Positions 52,101 through 61,100 of a DNA stretch of 64,000 nucleotides are shown here, one piece after another (within the stretch, counting starts at the first letter, position 1; each line of letters opens with the position of its first letter). This DNA comes from Haliotis rufescens (taxonomy: Eukaryota): contig NW_025963835.1 in NCBI RefSeq assembly GCF_023055435.1, forward strand, positions 2,046,001 to 2,110,000. Reading direction: 5' to 3'. The position numbers and the translations under genes are program-made. The notes under the pieces are model-generated. The model ran no database searches. It was not told the DNA's origin and saw only the letters and a program-made list of their open reading frames with translations.

Positions 52101-55100
52101 TACCTTAAAAGGCGACTATGCTGTCGTAAGAGGCGACTAATGGGGTCAAACTTGGTGACTTGGTTGATGCATGTCATCGTATCCCAATTGCGTAGGTCAA
52201 TGCTTATGATGTTAATCACTGAATCGTCTTGTCCAGACTCGATTATTTGCAGACCGCTGTCACATAGCTGGAATATTGCTGTTAACAACAAACAGACCAA
52301 CAAAACAAATAGAATAATGTCATGAAACAGTCCTCTTGAGCATGTTGAGTTTTATACGTGTTATATTTTCAAACAAGTTAACATTTTAACGTTTTTTTCT
52401 TTGGTAAGATTTAGGGTAGGTTTGTCAAAATTGGTGTGGCCTTGACATAATCAATAAATGTTTCAGATTAGGAAAGACGATCCAGGTGATTGGGTTTCTG
52501 TCTGGGATGTTTGACATGGACAAGATCAAGTCGGTGTTGATTGTGATGCCTGTGTCTGTCATCCCCAACTGGGAGAAAGAATTCAGCAAATGGTGGGTGG
52601 TATATGTAGGAGATAAATGTGTAATTTTATTTGCAGCCGTTTATTGTGATTGTTATTATTTCTTCCTGGAAATGACAATGTTAGCTGGTATGCTATGATG
52701 TGACGAAACAAAAGATGACATCATATGTTTCATGATAAATTTAAGATATATAGTGGACTTCTGATTGGTGGCTTGAGTTGTTGCCTGTGTTTGGTGATAA
52801 AACTTGCAACAAGAAAACTGGGACAATTTCTTGTCCTTTAATGAACAAGAGGAAGAAATATGATCATTGACAAACTAGCAAGCGTTACTAACAATCCAAT
52901 AGCTACTCTCCAAACTGGAGTGCTTCTTCCTCTATTTTCATTCCTCAGTTTACCCACTGGTAAGGAGACCGCCTCCGTGGTCTAGTGGTAGAGCCTCCAC
53001 CCGGAGATAGGAAGGTCCAGGGTTCGATCCCCGTCTGGGTCATACCAAAAGATATTAAAAGATGGTACTTGTTGTTACCCTGCCTGTCGCTTGGCATTAA
53101 GGGGCTAAAACTGTGAGTGGGATATTCATGTTTAACTGCGGTATGGTATCTCAGTGGGCTAGCACTATAAATCGGCATCAGTCAGGACTAGTACATGCAG
53201 CCACACGCACACACACACGTGCATGCATGTCACTATATAAGTGCAATAATCTTACACGCGACGTCAAACTCCATTTCATCCCCCTCCCCCTACTGGTAAG
53301 GAGGATGGCAGTTTCCATACACTCCGGCTGATGTCTCATCATCCTCCGTAATATGAATGCTCTTGATCCGCCCCCGTACCTCACTGCACAAAACACCAGT
53401 TCCAGATCTGTATAGATTCCCCCAACGGAATATAATGTTATGAGAGTCTAACAGCTAGGTACAATCCATCTAGTCTGCAGCTCATTTTTGACTGGATTTT
53501 GTGGATTTTAGAGGGCATGAGCGGCCCAGTCATCTTAGGCGTCACAATTTGATATGCAGAGTTACATCCCCTGGGGATGCTAGGAATCTGTGATTGTGGG
53601 TTTGAATCCCATTCCAACCTGATTATGTTTGTAGGTTTGTCAGCAGCATACTCAGACTTTTGGGTCTCACCAAAGTGGTAACTGTCTGAGACCTGAATCA
53701 CTTTGGGCTTCCTCCCACATCAAGCTGACACCCAAGGATATAACTGGAATANNNNNNNNNNNNNNNNNNNNNNNNNNNNNNNNNNNNNNNNNNNNNNNNN
53801 NNNNNNNNNNNNNNNNNNNNNNNNNNNNNNNNNNNNNNNNNNNNNNNNNNNNNNNNNNNNNNNNNNNNNNNNNNNNNNNNNNNNNNNNNNNNNNNNNNNN
53901 GGGCTCCGGGTATCCGTGTGACGCTGTACCACGGCAACAGCAAGCGGGAGAAGGAGCGAGCTCTGGCCAAGGTGCAGCGGCGTAATGGTGTCTGTCTCAC
54001 ATCCTATGGTCTTGTTGTCACCAGCTCGACACAACTCACTCAGAAAGATGGAGCTGAATTTGTCTGGGTGAGCTCAGTGTTTGTTGTAGATGTCTTGTTA
54101 TTAATTCTACTTGTGGGCATGGTGGCCTCACTGCCTTAAATGCACTTGGACTTTGACAGTAATTAGTCAGAATTCGAACAACTGCAAGAACATAATCTTG
54201 ATTGAAGATGATTTTATGATAATCTCAATAATTGCTTGTTTTAGGCCTTATATTCTTTTTTAGTTGGTTTACAAGTCCAGCAGACAAAATAAACTGAACT
54301 TTGAAACAAATAAAATGACTTTTGAAAAAAATAATTTTGGGCGACACTGTTTTGCTTATTAGCATTGATTAGATGAAATGAAAAAAACGCACAAGGTTTT
54401 ATCATCGCTGTTAATAAAATATGGTGAATAAGCTATATAAAAATCTTTATTAAGATTATTAAAAAAAAACCTAACCAATTAAGTGTATTTTGGTGTCTTG
54501 CATGTTAAAATTTGTTTCTTTTTCATTGATTAGTAGCAGTCCTAATCATGCTATTCTGGAGGTTTAAATTGTGTCAATTCTTCGTCCGACCACCTTCATT
54601 GCATTTTTTTGACAATTATTTTGCAAAACAACCAATAAAAATTAAAAGGTCTTAGCTTGTGCTGGAAAGTTAACATATTGAGTTTATGTGATAAGATGCA
54701 ATAATACTTATTTTGATTCCAATTACGTTTTTACCTATTATACCATAATGAATAATTAGGTTTTTATCTTTATCCTGCCTCTGTACTTATATAAAAAATA
54801 AATGCCTACCGCCTCACATTTCTGAAACTATGTATGTTTGACTATTCCAGGACTATGTGATTCTGGACGAGGGCCACAAGATCAAGAACCCGACTAAGAC
54901 AACAAAAGGGGTTCACGCTATCGGTGCCCGGAACAGGATCATCCTGACTGGCACGCCGGTCCAGAACAATCTCAGGGTGAGTCACTGAGGAGTGCACAGA
55001 TGCCGCCTTTACCGTTTTGCCATAATAGTTAAGACTTGAGCCTAAAATTATACTATTACATTTGTCCTCCCCCAAATTGTGAATTTTGTCATTTTGTTCA

Positions 55101-58100
55101 CGAATTATTTACATGCATAAAATATCGCAGAGAGCAAGTTCTGAATATGACACTATGCTGATCAGTGAGACCATGCTTTCTATTCACATGGTGTTGAAAT
55201 GTAAGTCCCACAATGATACAAGGTCTCTGACTGGTGGTGATGTTGAGACATATTGACCAAGCATTAATTAAATCAACAATTAAAATAAATATGGTAATGT
55301 GGGGGAAAACACACCATATTCCTTACAACAAAACACCTGGATCGCCTTTGAATGGACATCTCAAATAGTAGCTAAGAGGGAAAATATGTCAAATATGAAA
55401 ATGTCTTTGAAAAATGCATACTTTTATTCCATTATTTAAGCCTAATAAACTTGTACCGGTTGTTGAACCTAAACAAAGGCTTTGAATTGTTAGAGCAGTG
55501 TTTGAAATTAGGCATTAAAGTCAAAGGGCCATGTCAAGTCTTCAGGCTTATGAAAATAAAAGAATTGGTCTCAGGCAATGACTTTTGAAAATATAGTGCG
55601 GGTGGGCGTTTCTTTTGTTTTTTGTGCTTGTTCAAACTAGTATGTAACCAAGTAAACAGTTGTTTACCATCAACCTTGGAAAGGGCCTCCCTACATAAAC
55701 AAGCATGCAAACCCCCATTGGCACCATAATCATAGCACGAGATGCGCAGTAAAGCAGTGTGCCTGTAAAGGGAAGTAACTGTGTTATATTGGATTGCATT
55801 TTTTTTAAAGTAATAAAAACGAAACATTGGGCAGACTTTATGTGGGTGCGGTGGGCGGTGCCTATTTTTTTTTAGCCTTAGGTTAAAAGCTAAAGACTCC
55901 CTAGATTCAAATACTGCCGCTGTAGACTTCCAGGATCAAAGGATCCCCTTTAATTTCGAACACTCGAATTTAGGACTATCAGAAGCTGCATATTTTGAAA
56001 GCTTTTCTTATAAACATTGTGAGCGAGTGAGTGTGTTGGGGTTGGGTTTAACAGTATTCCAGTTATATCACAGTGTGTCAGCTTAATTTCAGAGGAAAGC
56101 CTGAAGTGATGCAGGTCTCGTTTGGTGAAACCAACGAGCATGTGTATGATGCTGATAAAACTAGAAACATAATCAGGACAAATCGCAAGCTTAGGTGTCT
56201 GGTGTGCGCAAGGGACGCAATTTCTGCAGTGAATTGCAGCACCTCAGACGACAGGGCCACCCGTGCTCCCTGCGGACATCATGCATGGATGGCAAACATT
56301 AAGATTTTGATGGAATCGGTACGGAAGTTTGAGTTAAATTCGGACGTAACGATCGAGGGAAATATGTTATACAAAAGAAGGTTACTCAATACAGATGTTG
56401 TGTTTGTTCAGGAGCTGTGGGCATTGTTTGACTTTGTGCACCAAGGACAGCTGCTGGGAACAGCCAGAACATTCAAGATGGAGTATGAAAACCCCATTAT
56501 AAGGGTAAGTAGTTGAGAGCATATTTATGTTTTTAAGAACCCATGATGATTCCTGGTTAGAATTGCTCCTTAGCAACCTTGCAGCGCTGTAGTTTGGCAC
56601 TAGTCCCATAGTCCTTGCCACACTACCCAATAGTTAAAGTAGTCTTCAGCAACCCATGCTTGCCGTAAAAAGGCAACTATGCTTGACTAACAACATGGAT
56701 TTCAATGTGCAGATTTCAGTCGACAGCAGGAATGCAAAGCATTTGTACCGCCAACTGGGTGGCCAGGACTGTGCACGAAAACGCAGCAGTAAAAACAGTG
56801 CGCCAAAACGCACCCAAATGAACATGAAATGGACATGAAAATATTGTGTTTCATGTGCAAGAGGCACTTAACATGTTACACGACTGATTTTGAGTACAGT
56901 TGTGAAAAAGTTGTCAGGTGGCAACATTTTTAGTCCCAGAAAGGGAATTTAGATTGGAAACGTTGTTATAAAACAACATAGCAACAGAGTTCACATATAA
57001 AAGTGAACTTATCCACAAATTGTTCATCATAGAAAATAGTGTAATTGATTAGATACATTAAAAGTTTGAACTTGTTTCTATAGTTTATATTTTTTAACTT
57101 ATCCTGCATTACTCCGTATTGCATTTACTGCTGTCTTTGACAGAGAGACGAACTGTGTGAGATCCAGCTGCTGAAGAAAGTTGTTTCCATCTGTCCAGGA
57201 AGCAGCGCCCCCTCCCACACAGTCGGCACGTGACCCGGAAGACATGACGTCATGTCAAAACTCATAACTGCTTTGTCAACCACATGGATCGGACGTGAAC
57301 TGTATCCCTCAGTGGAATTATTAAAGAGAGTTTACTTGGTCCTGACTTTCTTTCGTTTTCTACGACAAAAGTCTGCTGTATTACCTTTGCCTTCATTATA
57401 TTGTTAATTGGTAATGTTTCTCGCTCGGGTTCTGACTCTCGTCACGGTTTTTCCGAGCGTATTGTTGTTTCCCGCCATTTTGGTTTACCGCCATTTTTTC
57501 CCGCCCTGTTGCGATTCACTACATGTCCACGTACTTTCGTGTTTTGTGTCTTGAATTCGCTCTATGGTTGGAGTTTTACATTAAGTTTAATGATTGTTTT
57601 CGGCGTGTTTGAAGCGTAATTGTTTGCTCTTATTAACTTTGTAACAAGAATAAGTTATGTTGAGTTACATTATGTTTCACGTTGTGTGTTTACACATCGT
57701 TATGTTTTTTGCTTCAATTCCAGTATGTCTCGCTGCTCTCGCTGCCGAGGGAATAAATCTGGACGGGACCCCCACCCCTGCTGCCTGGACTGTACAACCC
57801 CGTGTACCCTCACAGAGCGTTGCAGTTATTGTAGTCCCCTGTCGCCAGTCGCCTTCACCGCCTACCTCAGAGTGTCTCGGAAACGATTCACCCAGCGTGT
57901 GCGTCGACTCGCCAACATGTCATCCAACGTAGAGTCTGCCTCCCATGGCACGACATCCGACCGTACACGGTCTCCTACACCACCCTTACCGTCATCTGCT
58001 TCGACATCATCGTCTGCAGCATCGCCCGTTTCGGGTTTCCTGTCACCTCTACCATCTACGACGACAACTCCGGCGCCTCTTGGTCCGGCGCCTCCGATGT

Positions 58101-61100
58101 ACCCGGCGCCTCTTGGTCCGGCGCCTCCGGCGCCTCTTGGTCCGGCGCCTCCGATCTACCCGGCGCCTCCGATCTACCCGGCGCCTCCGGCGCCTCTTGG
58201 TCCGGCGCCTCCGATCTACCCGGCGCCTCTTGGTCCGGCGCCTCCGATGTATCCGGCGCCTCTTGGTCCGGCGCCTCTGATGTCTTCGATGTATACGGCG
58301 CCTCTGACTACTTCGGCGCCTTTGACTTGTGCTGCGCCTCCTACTTATGGACATGCCCTTCCGTCATCGTTCATGGATCCATCTTGGATGCAAGCTTGGA
58401 TGCAGTCATTGTTTGCGCAAGCTCAACCCACCTCAGCGACGCCGACGGTGCCTCCTGCGACGCCGGCGACGCTGACGGCCCCGACTACTGCTACTGCCAT
58501 TCCTGAGGCCCCCTCCACATCGGGTGCTTCTCGGTCTCGAACATTGTACACCTCGTCGCCTCCGACTGTCTCTCGGCACTCGTCCAAGTCTGCTCGTTCC
58601 CGTCGTCGCTCTCGTAGTCGCTCTCGTAGTCACTCACCCGTACATAGACGACGACGTCGTTCCTCCTCCTCGGAAGGATCATTTCGCCCCAACTATGACC
58701 CTCCATCTCCCGAGATTGATACACACTTGGGCCTTTCACAGGTTGCTGATTGGTTGGCGGACCGTCTGGCCTCCGTCGCTCCCTCCCCGGGCTCCGATGT
58801 GGATAAAAAGTTGACGATCTGGTCTAATCCGACTTCTCTACCACCCGACCCAATGCTCACTGACCTGGTTACGGCGTTGGACGAGGACTTCGCTAAGTTG
58901 TCCCTCACGCCGTCGTTCAAGGCTCCGCGTTTCCGGCGGGAAGATTTCCCCGTCCACTCCTTCGACGTGGCCGACGGTGCACATATCCTGGACGAGGACT
59001 TACATCGAATGACCGGGTCTTCTCAGTCCGTCACCATACGTATGCCGGACTCCCGACTCGCTTTCGTGGAAACGGAACTGCGCCGTACTTTGAAGCCACT
59101 ATCTACACTTGCTTCATCTGCCAGAGCCATTGACCAGGATCTCGCTGAATCCAATCCTAACAGGATCGACCACTTGCGCACGGTTATGACGTTCCAACTT
59201 CGCCAGATCGATCACATGCGCAATCACCTGAGAGCTGCGCTTGCGGAGATCACCACTACTCGACGGTTGGGTTACTTGACTTCCACGGACTGGGATTCCG
59301 AATTCAAGCGTTCCTTACTACGACAACCTTGGTCGGGTCCTACCCTTTTTAATGGTGCTATCTCCGCTACCCACACCCGCGTCTCCAGTTTCGCCAGGGA
59401 TGAAACTGCTCTCAGAGCCTTGGAGCATGTAACACACCAATCAGCGGCCAAGTCCTCCAAAGGCAATTATAAACCACGCCGTTCCTCCCTCAAGGTCGTC
59501 TCCAAACATACCTCGCCCTTTCGTGGGACAGGGCGTGGTCGTGGTAGAGCCCGTGGCACTTACCAACCCCGAAGGGATCGTCGCCCCGGCAAGGGGGCCG
59601 ATTCCACCTCAAAGCGTTGACCGGCGGCACCTCAACGACTGGGACCTCCCACCCCCAGTCGTTCCGGTCACCGACACACCTGTGGGTGGGAGACTAGGCC
59701 GGTTTTGGAGAAACTGGTACATACTGGAGGACCCGTTCGTCACCGACATCCTCTGTCAGGGGTACCGGCTCCCATTGTCTGCGCTGCCTCCTCTGACGTC
59801 TACTCCGTCAACGGCCGCTTATTCACCCCACCAGCTTCGGCCCCTTCACGACAGCATCCTTTCCCTACTGCAGAAGGAGGCCATAGAGATCGTACACGAC
59901 CCGGCTCGACACCCAGGATTTTACTCTCCGGTGTTTCTGGTGCCCAAGAAGGGGACCACCAGCTGGCGCATGATACACAATCTCTCCACTTTCAACCGGC
60001 TCTACCTGGAACGTCCTCCCTACTTCCGAATGACGACGTTGCGACTGCTCAGGACGAGAATCTCAGCTGGCGATTCCCTGATCAGCCTCGACATCCAGGA
60101 CGCCTATCTTCATGTCCCCATCCACCCCAACGACCGGCGCTTCCTCAGGTTCCTTTTCAATGGTACCCATTACCAGTGGGCGGTCCTACCATTTGGAATT
60201 TCTACGGCCCCGTGGCTTTTCACACGGATCACCCGCCCGGTCGCCGCCTACCTACACCTGAGGAACATCAACTTCGATCCATACATCGACGATTGTCTCC
60301 TCAACAATCGGGACTCGGCGTTGCTACTGCGTCACAGGGATTTTACCCTGCGGCTCTTCAATCAGTTGGGTTGGATCGTCAATCAGACCAAGTCGGAGCT
60401 GATCCCATCGTTCCGTCTGCAGTTTATCGGGGGCCTGTTTCTCACGGATCTGGACCTCCTTCAAGTCCCCAGAGACAGGTGGTTGAAAATCCTCGCTCAT
60501 CTCTTCCCTGCCCTTCAACAGGCTCGAACTCTCCGCCAATGGCAGGTTCTATTGGGTCTCCTCACGTCGGCTCAAGACCTGACTGCCAGAGGTCGCCTCC
60601 AGCTCCGTCCAATTCAACGGTTTCTCGCACCCTTTATCCGGCAGCAGGATCCGGAGTCCCTCATCGTCCTCCCGGTCCACCTCCACCCCTTCCTCCGATG
60701 GTGGACGGTGGAATCGAACGTCTGCGGCGGCGTCTCCTTGACCGCGCTACAGCCCTCCCTCCACCTGTTCGTCGACGCATCCAAACAGGGTTGGGGGGCT
60801 CATCTGGGGACTCAAACAGTTGCAGGGCTGTGGTCAGGAGATCGACTCTTCTGGCACAGCAACAACCTCGAACTCGAAGCTCTCATACTGGCCGTCTCCC
60901 ACTGGCAGAGCATTCTCCGGCACGGCCAGTTGGCCATCTCCACGGACAACATCACCGTGGTGTGGTGTCTGAGGAATCAGGGTACTCTCCACTCTCAGTC
61001 CCTGCTCAACCAGACCTTCCGATTTTTCGACCTGGTGGACCGTTTAGACTTGCAATTCCTTGTTCAGCACATTCCAGGTTGCCGGAATGTTCTGGCAGAC

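Noticed and set aside
54851-54976. ERCC6/CSB assignment from the DEGH motif
   Set aside because: The N-terminal TPR-like exon and flanking motifs (SGMFD, FKMEYENPI, RERDAT.GE) fit ERCC6L/PICH better.
58049-58354. Protamine-like Arg-rich ORF (and the + strand 57945-58280 ORF)
   Set aside because: Alternative-frame reading of the CCGGCGCCT Pro-rich repeat in gag.
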